From positions 1,426,001 to 1,490,000 of the forward strand of contig NC_135819.1 in the NCBI RefSeq assembly GCF_964213995.1: 64,000 nucleotides of DNA, written 5' to 3'. This stretch comes from Mustelus asterias (lineage: Eukaryota). The translations under genes and the position numbers were made by a program. Positions 12,001 to 27,000 of the stretch are shown in pieces (the stretch's first letter is position 1; each line of letters begins with the position of its first letter). The notes under the pieces were generated by a model that did not search any database, was not told the DNA's origin, and saw only the letters and a program-made list of their open reading frames with translations.

Positions 12001-15000
12001 GCCTCTCCAATATCTGAAAAGCCGAGGGGTTCAAAATTCGTTCTGTGCCATTTTTTTTCGCTTTTGGTTGGGTGGGCAGGAATCGCGACTCACAACCGAC
12101 CCACATCCAGTGAAGTGGAGGGAGCCAAGGCACAATATTGACCTTGTTCAACTGATAGTCCCCTCGGGCCAACCTGCTGGCAACATCTGTGCCCAGGAAA
12201 GCATTTGGCATCAGTAGCACCATCTGCGGCGGTACAACAGATCTCAATTCTCCCTCACCCGCACCTCCACAAGATACTAAATGTGTAGAACTGGGAGATA
12301 AAGCAGCTTAAGCATGAACATGGAAAACTCTTACCGACTGGCATTCTGCAGCAGAGTCAAGAGTTCCATTATCCGAAAGACATTTAAAAGGACGATCTGA
12401 AAACACAAACCAGATATTTAACCTCCCAAATTTCCAATGGGTAAGTAATTAGCCATAGTCCCCAATAGAACAGAGGCACCTCGCTCTAATGCAGGATGGA
12501 TGCAATATGGAAAGCACCCTTCCCGGATGTATCACTGCTTGGTCTGGCTCCTGCTCTGTCCAAGGCCGCAAGAAACTACAGAGGGTTGTGAATGTAGTCC
12601 AGTCCATCACGCAAACCAGCCTCCCATCCATTGACTCTGTCTACACTTCCCGCTATCTCGGAAATGCAGCCAACATAATCAAGGACCCCATGCACCCCAG
12701 ACATTCTCTCTTCCACCTTCATCCATCAGGAAAGAGATACAAAAGTCTGAGATCACGTACCAACCGATTCAAGAACAGCTTTTTCCCTGCTGCCATCAGA
12801 CTTTTGAATGGACCTACCTTGCATTAAGTTGATCTTTCTCTACGCCCTAGCTACGACTGTAACACTACATTCTGCTTTCCCTCTCCCCTATGTACTCTAT
12901 GAATGGAATTCTTTTTCTGTATAGCGCGCAAGAAACAATACTTTTCACTGTATCCCAAAACATGTGACAATAATAAATCAAACCAAATCAAATCAAAAAA
13001 AGCTTGAGGGGCATCATTTTGCAATCATGGGGCAAGGCAAGGAGGCTTCCTTGAGCTATCACAGCCGATCCGGGGATTGAACCCATGCCACTGGCATCGT
13101 ACACCAACCACCTGATCCAAACAACACCCAGTTGGTAATGGACATTAAGGAGAACTTTGTTCCTGGGAAAGGAGTATTGTGTACAGTTCTGGGTGCCACA
13201 CTATAGGAACCCCATAGAACCCCACTAAAAATTCCATCGAGTCTGCACCAACTAATTCCAGCCTTGGATCACTGACTGTGTGGAGTGTGCACGTTCTCCC
13301 CGTGTCTGCCTGAGTTTCCATCGGGTGCTCCTGTTTCCTCCCACAGTCCAAAGATGTACTGGTTAGGTGGATTGGCCATGCTAATTTGTCACTTAAAGTC
13401 CAAAGAGGTGCAGGTTAGGTGGATTGGCCACGGTAAATGCACGGGGCTAGGGGGATAGGATGGTAAGGGGGTGGGCCTGGGTAAGATGCTCTTTTGGGGA
13501 GTCGGTGCTGTCGCAATGGGCCGAATGGCACTGTAGGGATTCTATGGATTCAGCAGTGAATTGTGAAATATAGGAAGACAAAGTCAGTCACTGAAAATCA
13601 GATCAATTGTATGAACTCACCGTCCTTAACGCTGAGGATTATATCTTCTTTCTTGTTATTACCTCCGCTATATTCTACCCGGCAGCAGTACGGACCCTCA
13701 TCTCCCATGGTCACATTGTGTATAGTGAGAGAGACGTTACCTCGCTCAATGTCCCCAGACATGCTGTATTTTGTGTTTAAACGATAGATGATATTTTTCC
13801 CATCAGTTTTAAGCAACACTTTGCTGCAGGAAAATGCAGACATATCACAACACCCGTCTTGACCCCAACACATTGCAGCTAAACCATAATAGGTAACGTT
13901 GTAGGTGCAAGGCAGGCTGACCGAGGATCTCAACTTCCCACTGATCTGCAATGCCTCTGCAAAAAGGAATGGAAATTACATTCAGAGTCTGTCATATGGA
14001 GGAGGACATGTTTCCAAAGCAGCTGAATCACAACAACTGAATCAGAACACTTTTAAGATTAGTGTCTGCAGATTTAACCCGAAGAATGTGGAGTTGCAAA
14101 ATTAAGCGGCTGCTGCTGTTGTGGAACAGGGGGGCAGGAGAAAGCCAGTTACCCCCTCAAGCCAATATAGAAAGCATCTTGTCCGGATGTATCACAGCTT
14201 GGTATGGCTCCTGCTCTGAACAAGATCGCAAGAAACTACAAAGGCTTGGGATCGTAGCCCAGTCCATCACGCAAACCAGCCTCCCATCCATTGACTGGGT
14301 CTACACTTCCCGCTGCCTTGGAAAAGCAGCCAGCATAATCAAGGATCCCACGCATCCTGGACATTTTCTCTTCTACCTTTCCCCGTTGGGAAAAAGATAC
14401 AAAAGTCTGAGGTCCTGTACCAACCGACTCGAGAACAGCTTCTTCCCTGCTGCTGTCAGACTTTTGAATGGACCTACCTTGCATTAAGTTGATCTTTCTC
14501 TGCGCCCTAGCGATGGTAAAAGCACGGGGCTAGGGGGATAGGATGGCAAGGGGGTGGGTGTGGGTAAGATGCTCTTTCTGGGAGTCGGTGCTGACTCAAT
14601 GAGCCGAATGGCACTGCAGGGATTCTATGGATTCAGCAGTGAATTGTGAAATATAGGAAGACAAACTCAGTCACTGAAAATCAGATCAATTGCATGAACT
14701 CACCGTCCTTAACGCTGAGGATTATATCTTCTTTCTTGTTATTACCTCCGCTATATTCTACCCAGCAGCAGTACGGACCCTCATCTCCCATGGTCAAATT
14801 GTGTATAGTGAGAGAGACGTCACCTCGCTCAATGTCCCCAGACAAGTTGTATCTTCTTTTCAAATCATACGTGATTTTTTTCCCAACAGTTGCAAACAAC
14901 ACGTTGGAACAGAAAAGTGCAGACATTTCAGAGCACCCGCCTTGACCCCAACACATTGCAGCTAAACCATAATAGGTAACGTTGTAGGTGCAAGGCAGGC

Positions 15001-18000
15001 TGACCGAGGATCTCAACTTCCCACTGATCCGCAATGCCTCTGCAAAAAGGAATGGAAATTACATTCAGAGTCTGTCATATGGAGGAGGACATGTTTCCAA
15101 AGCAGCTGAATCACAACAACTGAATCAGAACACTTTTAAGATTAGTGTCTGCAGATTTAACCCGAAGAATGTGGAGTTGCAAAATTAAGCAGCTGCTGCT
15201 GTTGTGGAACAGGGGGGCAGGAGAAAGCCAGTTACCCCCTCAAGCCAATATAGAAAGCATCTTGTCCGGATGTATCACAGCTTGGTATGGCTCCTGCTCT
15301 GAACAAGATCGCAAGAAACTACAAAGGCTTGGGATCGTAGCCCAGTCCATCAGTCAAACCAGCCTCCCGTCCATTGACTCTGTCTACACTTCCCGCTGCT
15401 TCGGAAAAGCAGCCAGCATAATCAAGGACCCCACGCACCCCGGACATTCTCTCTTCAACCTTCTTCCGTTGGGAAAAAGATACAAAAGTCTGAATGGAGC
15501 TACCTCGCATTAAGTTGATCTTTCTCTACGCCCAAGCTATGACTGTAAGACTACATTCTGCACTCTCTCCTTTCCTTCACCCCTATGTACTCTATGAATG
15601 GTATGCTTTTTCTGTGTAGTGCGCAAGAAACAATACTTTCCACTGTATCCCAAAACATGTGACAATAATAAATCCAATCAAAAAAAGCTTGAGGGGCATC
15701 ATTTTGCAATCATGGGGCAAGGCAAGGAGGCTTCCTTGAGCTATCACAGCCGATCCGAGGATTGAACCCATGCCACTGGCATCGTACACCAGCCAGCTGA
15801 TCCAAACAACACCCAGTTGGACATTCAGGAGAACATAGTTACTGGGAAAGGAGTATTGTGTACAGTTCTGGGTGCCACAGTACAGGATTCCCGTAGAACC
15901 CCATAGAATCCCATAGAATCCTTACAGTGCCCGTCAAGTCTACACTAGCCAGTTCTGGCCTTGTGACTGTCCATGTGGAGTTAGCACATTCTCCCCATGT
16001 CTGCGTGCATTTCCTCCCCGTGCTCCAGTTTCCTCCCACACTCCAATGATGTGCAGGTTAGGTGGATTGACCATGGTAAGTTGTCCCTTAGTGTCCAAAG
16101 ATGTGCAGGTTAGGTGGATTAGCCATGCTAAATTGCCGCTTAGTGTCCAAATATGTGCAGGTTAGGTGAATTGGTCACACTAAGTTGCCCCTAAGTGTCC
16201 AATGAACAAAGAACAAAGAAAATTACAGCACAGGAACAGACCCTTCGGCCCTCCAAGCCTGCACCAACCATGCTGCCCGACTGAACTAAAACCCCTACTC
16301 TTCCGGGGACCATATCCCTCTATTCCCATCCTCTTTATGTATTTGTCCAGATGCCCCTTAAAAGTCACTATAATATCTGCTTCCACTACCTCCCCCGGCA
16401 TGCAAGTTCCAGGCACCCACCACCCTCTGTGTGAAAAACCTGCCTCGCACATCTCCTTTAAACCTTGCCCCTCGCACCTTAAACCTGTGCCCCCGAGTAA
16501 TTGACTCTTCCACCCTGGGAAAAAGCTTCTGACTATCCACTCTGTTCATGCCTCTCATAATCTTGTAGACTTCTATCAGGTCGCCCCTCAACCTCCGTCA
16601 TTCCAGCGAGAACAAACAAAGTTTCTCCAACCTCTCCTCCAAATCTTTTCTGTACCCTCTCCAAAGCCTCCACATTCTTCTGGTAGTGTGGCGACCAGAA
16701 TTGAACACTATATTCCAAGTGCGGCCTAACTTAGGTTCTATAAAGCTGCAACATGACTTGCCAATTTTTAAACTCAATGCCCCGGCCGATGAAGGCTAAC
16801 CGTCTTGACTACCTGATTCACCTGCATTGCCACTTTCAGTGACCTGTGTACCTGTACACCCAGATCCCTCTGCCTATCAATACTCTTAAGGGTTCTGCCA
16901 TTTACTGTATATTTCCCATCTGCATTAATCCTTCCAAAATGCATTACTTCACATTTGTCCGGATTAAACTCCAGCTGCCATCTTTCCTCCCCAAGTCTCC
17001 AACCGATCTATATCCTGCTGTATCCTCTGATGGTCCTCATCGCTTTCCGCAATTTCACCAACATTTGTGTCATCCACAAACTTACTAATCAAATCAATTA
17101 CATTTTCCTCCAAATCATTTATATATATTACAAACAGCAAAGGTCCCAGCGCTGATCCTTGAGGAATGCCACGAGTCGCAGCCCTCCATTCAGAAACACA
17201 CCCTTCCATTACTACCCTCTGTCTTCTATGACCAAGCCAGTCCTGTATCCACCTTGCTAGCTCACCTCTGGCCCATGCGACTTCACCTTCTGCCATGAGG
17301 GACCTTGTTAAAGGATTTACTGAAGTCCATGTAGACAACATCCATTGCCCTACCCTCATCAATCATCTTCGTCACTTCCTCGAAAAACTCGTTCAAGTTA
17401 GTGAGACACGACCTCCCCTTCACAAAACCATGCTGCCTCTCACTAATACGTCCACTTATTTCCAAGTGGGAGTAAATCCTGTCTCGAAGAATCCTGTCCA
17501 ATAATTTCCCTACCACTGATTTAAGGCTCACCAGCCTGTATTTACCTGGATTATCCTTGTTACCCTTCTTAAACAAAGGAACAACATTGGCTATTCTCCA
17601 ATCCTCTGGGACCTCCCCATAGCCAGTGAGGATACAAAGATTTCTCTCAAGGCCCCAGAAATTTCCTTCCGTGCCTCTCTCAGTATTCTGGGGTATATCC
17701 CATCAGACCCTGGGGACTTGTCTACCTTAATGTTTCTCAAGACCCCCAATACCTCTCTTTTTAATCTCAACATGACCCAAACTATCTACACATTCTTCCC
17801 CAGATTCATCATCCACCAAGTCTTTCTCTTCGGTGAATACCAACGCAAAGTATTCATTTAATACCTCGCCCATTTCCTCTGGCTCCACGCATTGATTCCC
17901 TCTCCTGTCCTTGAGTGGACCAGCCCTCTCCCTGGCTATCCTCTTGCTCTTTGTATATGTATAAAAAGCCTTGGGATTTTCCTTAATCCTGCTGGCCGAT

Positions 18001-21000
18001 GACTTTTCATGACCCCTTTTAGCCTTCCTGACTCCTGGCTTAAGCTTCTTTCTACTTTCCTTGTATTCCACACTTGCTTTGTGTGTTCCCAGCCTCCTAG
18101 CTTTGACAAATGCTTCCTTTTTCTTTTTGACTAGGCTCATAATATCTCTCATTATCCAGGGTTCCCGAAACTTGCCATACTTATCCTTCATCCTTACAGG
18201 AATGTGCCGGTCCTGAATTCCTATCAATTTACACTTGAATGCCTCCCACATGCCAGATGTTGGTTTGCTTTCAAACATCTGTCACCAATCTACACTTTCA
18301 GATAAAGCTCGGCACAACATCGTGGGCCGAAGGGCCTGTTCTGTGCTGTACTGTTCTATACATTCTTCAGTTCCTGCCTAATATTGTTGTAATTAGCCTT
18401 CCATCAATTTAGCACCTACACCCGAGGACTACCCTTATCTTTATCCATCAGTACCTTAAAGTTTACTGAATTGTGGCCACTGTTCCCAAACTGCCCCTCT
18501 ACTGAAACGTCGACCACCTGGCCGGGCTCATTCCCCAATACCAGGTCCAGTATGGCCCCTTCTCTAGCTAGACTACTCGACATACTGGATGCTGCTTACA
18601 AACTCTGCCCCAATCACGCCCCAAGTGGATCCCAGTCAATATAGGGGAAGTTAAAATCTCCCACCACAACAACCCTGTTACTTTTATACCTTGCCAAAAT
18701 CTGTTCCTCCATCTCCCGCTGGCTGTTGGGAGGCCTATAATAAACCCCCAACATTGTGACTACACCGTTCCTATTCCTGAGCTCTACCCATTTTGCCTCG
18801 CTGTATGAGCCCTCTGAGGTGTCCTCCCACAGTACAGCTGTTATATTCTCCTTAACCAGTCGTGCAACCCATTTTACTTCCACCTCTATCCCGCCTGAAA
18901 CATCTGTATCCTGGAACATTAAGCTGCCAATCCTGTCCTTCTCTTAACCAAGTCTCTGTAATGGCAAGAGACCTTACTGGACCTACTCTCTAGTTCCCCT
19001 TCAGTTAATTCACCTTTGCTTTGGTTCCCACTCCCCCCACCAAACTATTTAAATCCTCCCATGTGACACTGGCAAACCTCCCGGCCAGAATATTTATGCC
19101 CCTTCAGTTTAGAGGCAAACCGTCCTTTTTGTACAGGTCTCGCCTGCCCCGGAAGAGATCCCAATGGTCCAGATATTAGAAATCCCCTTCTACACCAGCT
19201 GTTTATCCACGTGTTGAGCTGTGTACCTTCCTATTTCTAGCCTCACTGGCACGTGGCACAGGGAGTAATCCTGGGATTACAACCCTAGAGGTCCTGCTTT
19301 TTAGCTTTCTACCTAACTCCCTAAACTGCTGCTGCAGGACCTCATCACTCTTCCTGCCTATGTCGTTAGAACATAAGAACATAAGAAATAGGAGCAGGAG
19401 TAGGCCATCTGGCCCTTCGAGCCTGCCCCGCCATTCAACAAGATCATGGCTGATCTGAAGCGAATCAGTTCCACTTACCCGCCTGCTCCCCATAACCCCT
19501 AATTCCCTTATCGATCAGAAAACTATCTACCCGTGATTTAAACATATTCAACGAGGAAGCCTCCACCACTTCAATGGGCAGAGAATTCCAGAGATTCACT
19601 ACCCTCTGAGAGAAGAAGTTCCCCCTCAACTCTGTTCTGAACCGGCCCCCCCTTATTTTGAGGCTGTGCCCTCTAGTTCTGGTTTCCCTTCTAAGTGGAA
19701 AAAATCTCTCCACCTCTACCCTATCCAGCCCCTTCATTATCTTATATGTCTCTATAATATCACCCCTCATCCTTCTAAACTCCAACGAGTACAGACCCAA
19801 TCTGTTTAATCTCTCCTCATAAGCTACACCCCTCATCTCCGGTATCAACCTGGTGAACCTTCTCTGCACTCCCTCCAAGGCCAATATATCCTTTCGCAAA
19901 TAAGGGGACCAAAACTGCACACAGTACTCCAGTTGCGGCCTCACCAGTGCCTTGTACAGTTGCAGCAAGACCTCCCTGCTTTTATATTCTATCCCCCTCG
20001 CGATAAAGGCCAACATTCCATTCGCCTTCTTGATCACCTGCTGCACCTGCAGACTGAGTTTTTGCGATTCGTGCACAAGGACCCCCAGGTCCCTCTGCAC
20101 AGTCACATGATGTAATTTTTCTCCATTTAAATAATATTCCAATTTACTATTATTTCTTCCAAAGTGGATAACCTCACATTTGCTAACGTTATATTCCATC
20201 TGCCAAATCCTCGCCCACTCGCTCAGCCTATCCAAATCTCTCTGCAGACTTTCTGCGTCCTCCACGCAATTCGCTTTCCCACTCACCTTCGTGTCATCAG
20301 CAAACTTGAATACCCTAGATTCAGTCCCCTCCTCCAGATCATCTATGTAAATGGTAAATGGTTAGTACCAATATGTACCACGACCTCTGGCTGCTCACCC
20401 TCTCCCTTCAGAATGCTTTCTGCCCATTCAGAGATATCCTGGACCCTGGCACCAGGGAGGCAACAGACCACCGTGGAGTCTCTCTCACGTCCACAGAGGT
20501 GTCTGTCTGTACCCCTAACTATAGAGTCCCCTATAACTATTGGTCTGGTGCTCTTTGTCCCTCCCTCCTTAACAACAGAGCCAGCCGTGGTGACACTGCT
20601 CTGGCTGCTGCTGCTGTTATCCCCGATAGGCCATCCACCCCGAACAGTATCCGAAACGGTCTGCTTGTTAGAGAGGGGGACGACCACAGGAGATTCCTGC
20701 ACTGACTGCCTGCCCCTTCTAGCGGTCACCCATCTATCTGCCTGCACCTTGGGTGTGACCACATCACTAAAACTCCTGCCTATGACGCTTTCCGCCACCT
20801 TCATGCTCCTAAGTGCATCCAACTGCCGATTCTTGGAAAAACCCATCCATGCAGTCTGTGAGGAGCTGCAATTGGGTGCACTTCCTGCAGACGGAGTCGT
20901 TCGAGACGCTGGAAGCGTCACGGATCTCCCACATCTCTCAAGTGCAGCAACCTCACTGACTGACATTTCTATCACCAATTCAATTATTTAAGAGCATTTA

Positions 21001-24000
21001 TTAAAAACTCTTACCTTCACTTATCGCTGCAGATACCCAAGGTGGGCCTTTAGATCACTTACCTTCCCAGGATGCTCTCCTTGCAGATTAACAGCTACCA
21101 AGCAAGAAGAAAGAAAACAAAACAAAAAGAGAAAAAGTACCTCCTCCCACACTGCACCGAATTACCACACTGTTTCAAATTACCAAGTTGCAATCCCATT
21201 CTGGCCACCTCACTCAGGCTGCGTCCCACTCACGTGCGCAAAGTTTACTGCTTCTCTCTTATATAGAACTGTTTATTTTTTTTATTTTGGCACTGGCTGG
21301 GCCAGCATTTATTGCCCATCCCTAGTTGCCCTTGGAGGGCAGTTGAGAGCCAACCACATTGCTGTGGCTCTGGAGTCACATGTAGGCCAGACTGGGTAAG
21401 GACGGCAGATTTCCTTCCCTAAAGGACATTAGTGAACCAGATGGGTTTTTCCAACAATCGACAATGGTCATCAGTAAATTCTTAACTTCAGATATTTTTT
21501 TTTGAATTCTAATTCCACCATCCACCACGGGATTCGAACCCAGGACCCCAGAATATTAGCTGAGTTTCTGGATTAATAGAACAAAGAACAAAGAAAATTA
21601 CAGCACAGGAACAGGCTCTTCGGCCCTCCAAGCCTGCACCGACCATGCTGCCCGACTTAACTAAAACCCCTACCCTTCCGGGGACCATATCCCTCTATTC
21701 CAATCCTATTCATGTATTTGTCAAGACGCTCCTTAAAAGTCACTACCGTATCCGCTGCCACTACCTCCCCCAGCAACGAGTTCCAGGCACCCACTACTCT
21801 CTGTGTAAAAAATCTGCCTCGTACATCTCCTTTAAACCTTGTCCCTCGCACCTTAAACCTGTGCCCCCAGTAATTGACTCTTCCACCCTGGGAAAAAGCT
21901 TCTGACTATCCACTCTGTTCATGCCTCTCATAATCTTGTAGACTTCTATCAGGTCGCCCCTCAACCTCCGTCATTCCAGTGAGAACAAACCAAGTTTCTC
22001 TAACCTCTCCTCATAGCTAATGCCCTCCATACCAGGCAACATCCTGGTAAATCTTTTCTGTACCCTCTCCAAAGCCTCCACATCCTTCTGCTAGTGTGGC
22101 GACCAGAATTGAACACTATATTCCAAGTGCGGCCAAACCAAGGTTCTATAAAGCTGCAACATGACTTGCCAATTTTTAAACTCAATGCCCCGGCCGATGA
22201 AAGCAAGCATGCCGTATGCCTTCTTGACTAACTTCTCCACCTGCATTGCCACTTTCAGTGACCTGTGTACCTGTACACCCAGATCCCTTTGCCTATCAAT
22301 ACTCTTAAGGGTTCTGCCATTTACTGTATATTTCCTATTTGTATTAGACCTTCCAGAATGCATTACCTCACATTTGTCCGGATTAAACTCCATCTGCCAT
22401 CTCTCCGCCCAAGTCTCCAACTGATCTATATCCTGCTGTATCCTCTGATGGTCCTCATCGCTATTGGCAAATCCACCAACCTTTGTGTCGTCCGCAAACT
22501 TACTAATCAAATCAGTTACATGTTCCTCCAAAGCATTTATATATGTAAGGGACTGAGGAAAATTTGTGGGGAAGACAGTTACCAGTGTTCTTTGTCCCTG
22601 GTGGGCTTCAGTGTCCTGTTTGCCGGGTGGGTGCTGTGAACAGGATGCTGTTGGTTGAGTGATGTGGGCTGGGCCAATGGGATTGCTCTGGGAGCGGGAG
22701 GAAAGAAAAAGGGCGCCAGGAAGTGAAGCAGGGCAGAGAGAGAGGCAGAGCTGGAGAGGCAGAGCTGGAGAGGCAGAGAGAGAGCTTTTTCCAGGCAGGG
22801 AGAATTCGGTTTGGAGTGAGAGGCAGCCAGGCGTTCCCCTGCCTGTTCTTTTCATTACTGCCGAGGAGGACAGCATTCAGCGCACTCGACCTATGTTGCT
22901 GCACGGATAGCTCGCGGCACCTCTGCCTCCTGCGGCATCATCTTCCACACGTGTGTCTCTCCTGGACTGTGTGTGGGTGTCGTGAGTAACTGGTGGGGAC
23001 TATACAGTCCAACTGGATCAGTATCTACGAATGTGTTACGGAGGATGAGTTTCCCCATATGTGCACCAATGGTTGAAGATCAGAGCTCACTGTTTTATGT
23101 CTGTTAATGATATGTGTTATTAAATTTATTTTTGATATTCCGACTTACAGTACTGACATTTATGGGTAAACAGGGAATTAGCCAAATCAACATCAACCGC
23201 TAGGAATTCGGGATCCTGTTGATTGAATATTTAAATAGTAGCCCCATATAGTGGTCAGCAGGGGGTTACATTTTTGGAGGCACCGCTGGGATCATTCCTG
23301 TTTACCCATAAGGTCAAATACAATTTTTTTTTTGTCAGTCAGTAACAGTTAACCCAGTAATTACAACAGGAAAAGTTTTACAGTGTTAGCAGCTCACTTA
23401 AGACAATGGATTTTTCTCAGGCTGCTGACTGGAGCCGCCAAAAGAATATCAGTCTTTCCCGTGGCATATTACTGAGCAATGTGCCAATAGATACTAGTGA
23501 GGAGACCATTGCTAGGGTCTTAAACACAGTGAAAGTCTTTGGTCGCACCAAGATTTGTGGTCGCCGTGGGGATTCTACTGGCACACAGTTGTTCATACTA
23601 GTGGAGACTAGCATTGATTTAACCCCTGACACTGTACCTCCAGATGTAGGTATTGAAGGAGAAGCTGGGCCATGGGCTGTGCATACGCTAGAAAGCCTTG
23701 TCACACAGGATGCTGTTCCTGAAGAGGACGTTTCCATCCAAAGCCGTTGTTACTACTACAACAGGAAGGCAAGTCGATGGAGGATTTTCAGGCCATAGTA
23801 TCAGAAAATCAAGCTCCCAAAGTGGATGTGAACATGGATTTAGTGACTGCTATTGGCAAACTGGTGGACAAGTGCAACCAAGTGTCTACCGATGGGCCTA
23901 GCTACAGAAAGCTGGGACTGTTTTCAGGACTGAAACCTGTACCCCCAGGTGAGGAAGAATACGATGCCTGGATGGAGCAGGCTACCCAGATGATGAATGA

Positions 24001-27000
24001 GTGGCAATGCACTGACGCCGCCAAGAGACAGCGTATAGTGGAGAGTTTAAAAGGGCCTGCTGCTGACATCGTTCGATTTTTGAAAGTTAGCACTCCCACT
24101 GCTACGGCCACCAATTATTTATCTGCTCTGGACACAGCTTATGGCACCACAGAGAGTGGAGCCGACATCTTGGCCAAGTTCAGACACACATACCAGGATG
24201 AAGGAGAAAACCTCTCTGCTTTTCTATATCGCCTTGACAAACTTCTCCATCGTGCTCTTCTTAAGGGAGGAATTACGGCTGCAGACATGAATCGAGCTCG
24301 GGTGGAACAGCTAGTCAAGGGTGCACTCACTCGAGACATGGTTGCTCTGCGTGTAAGGATGAGCCACACCCCGGACAAACCCCCTTCCTTCTTCCAGCTG
24401 ATGCGGGAGGTAAGAGAGGAAGAAAATTGGATTAGCGCCAGAGAAGGGGTGAAAGCTACTGCCACCGCAGCCCCCGCCAGTGTACCGCAGTCCTCAGTTA
24501 CGTCTGAGTTGAACAGCCTACGAAATGAGGTAAGGGAACTGACTTCTCAGGTGGTCAGACTGTTGAGCGCCGTTCCAGTTACCCCCACATCTGAAAGTAC
24601 GACAGCAAGGACTGGGTCCGTACAGCAAGCGCCAGAAGCTGCTGTTCGGGACGCGTCGCCCCGAGTGAAAATGTCCAAACCACTGCCAGCAGGAATCTTT
24701 TGCTACAGGTGTGGGCAAGATGGGCATACAAGGAGAGAGTGCAAAGAACTCGAGGATCTGAGGAAAGTGAATCAGAAGCTGATCAAAGCAAGCAGACAGC
24801 AGGGAAACTTCTCAGGAGCCATGTGAAGGAACGGTGCTTGGTTCCGTGTGAAATACGTTCCACCCACTGTCCACCCCCAGCGAAGCAAGGCTCAAAACAG
24901 TTACCTGCAGGATTAGTGGGGCCATCTCTGGTGTACCTGTGCAAATAGAAGGAGTTTATGCAAGAGCTTTGCTTGACAGTGGCTCCCAAGTAACCATTTT
25001 GTATCGCAACTTCTACGACACCTACCTGAAACACTTACCTCTCCAGCCACTTGAAGACCTGGAAATGTGGGGTTTAAGCTCTCACCAATACCCATATGAT
25101 GGCTACCTGTCCATACAACTCGAGTTCACTGCCACTGTAACCGGAGTGCCGCAGACAGTTGACACTTTGGCCTTAGTATGTCCTGACCCTGTGAAAGATA
25201 ACAACATTGCCGTGCTGGTGGGGACAAATACCCGGCTGGTGAGAGAGTTGGTGGAGTCCTGTAAAGAACAGGCGGGGGAACGCTTCTTGGGTACTTTGAC
25301 CATACACCCCGTCCTCCGGGAAGCTTATGAGACACTCACCCAGTCTGAAACAACAGAAGAGGTAGACAAGCATGGTACTGTGTGGTTTACCCAGCACAAG
25401 CCAATCACCTTGCAACCAGGACAAGTGTTTAAAGTCACTGGCCTCCCAAAGTTTCCTGGTGATTTCACAGACCAGCTAGCACTGATAGATCAGCCTATTG
25501 ATACTTTTTCCCCTGAAGAGTTGTGGGTGAGGCCTGAGGTTCATCTTGCATCAGTTGTTTCCAGCAGACGCATTACTGTGACTGTGAAGAACCTGTCATC
25601 CAGAGAAATCTCCTTGAAACGTGGGACTCCAGTAGCCCATATTTTTCCAGTAGCCCCTGTTTCTCTGCCGAGGATAAAGCTGCAATCGAACTGACCCCTT
25701 CCTCTTTTGATTTTGGAGCCTCTCCTATGCCAGAGGAGGCAAGGAGGTGTCTCTGTGAGAGAATGATGGAGAGGAAAGAGGTTTTCTCTCAGCACGAGTG
25801 GGATGTAGGTTGTTCTAAAAGTACCAGACATGAAATAAGACTGAAGGATGCAAGGCCCTTCCGAGAGAGGTCACGTCGCTTGTCGCCTGCTGACTTTGAG
25901 GATGTGCGCCAGCACCTACAGGAACTACAAAGCCATGGCATCATCTCTGAATCGCGTAGTCCCTACGCATCGCCAATAGTAGTCGTACGCAAGAAGTCAG
26001 GGAAGGTACGAATGTGCGTGGACTACCGAACCCTTAACCTTCGAACAATACCGGACCAGTACACTGTCCCAAGGATAGAAGACGCTCTTCACTGCTTGTC
26101 TGGGAGTAAATGGTTCACAGTCCTCGACCTGAAGAGCGGGTACTATCAAATACCCATGAGTGAGGCTGACAAGGAGAAGACCACTTTTATCTGCCCGTTG
26201 GGTTTTTATCAGTTCGAACGCATGCCTCAGGGAATTTCCGGAGCACCGGCCACTTTTCAGAGAGTCATGGAACATACTGTCGGCGACATGAACTTTCTGG
26301 AGGTGTTGGTGTACCTGGATGATCTCATTGTGTTTGGACGAACCCTCGAAGAACACGGGCGGCACGGTAGCACAGTGGTTAGCACTGCTGCTTCACAGCT
26401 CCAGGGACCTGGGTTCGATTCCCGGCTTGGGTCACTGTCTGTGTGGAGTTTGCACATTCTCCTCGTGTCTGCGTGGGTTTCCTCCGGGTGCTCCGGTTTC
26501 CTCCCACAGTCCAAAGATGTGCGGGTTAGGTTGATTGGCCATGCTAAAAATTGCCCTTAGTGTCCTGAGATGCGTAGGTTAGAGGGAATAGTGGGTAAAT
26601 ATGTAGGGATATGGGGGTAGGGCCTGGGTGGGATTGTGGTCGGTGCAGACTCGATGGGCCGAATGGCCTCTTTCTGTACTGTAGGGTTTCTATGATTTCT
26701 ATGATTTTCTATGAACACGAGGAGCGGTTGCTCAAAGTGCTTGACCGGCTCCAAGAAGAAGGTCTGAAGCTGTCGCTTGACAAGTGCCAGTTTGGCAGGA
26801 CTTCTGTCACCTACGTTGGACATGTAGTGTCGCAGGACGGAATAGCGACGGACCCATCCAAGGTAGAGGCTGTTGTCTCCTGGCCAAGACCCCAAACGGT
26901 GACAGAGCTCAGATCCTTCCTTGGATTTTGTGGCTACTATCGCCGCTTTGTCAAGGACTTCTCCAAACTCTGCCGTCCCCTCAACGGACTTCTTCAAGGA

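Noticed and set aside
21005-21070. Two strong minus-strand splice donors
   Set aside because: They lie in the CR1 5' UTR and give no coding continuity with the host gene.
26358-26425. tRNA genes
   Set aside because: All tRNA-like A/B-box sequences in the window are SINE heads.
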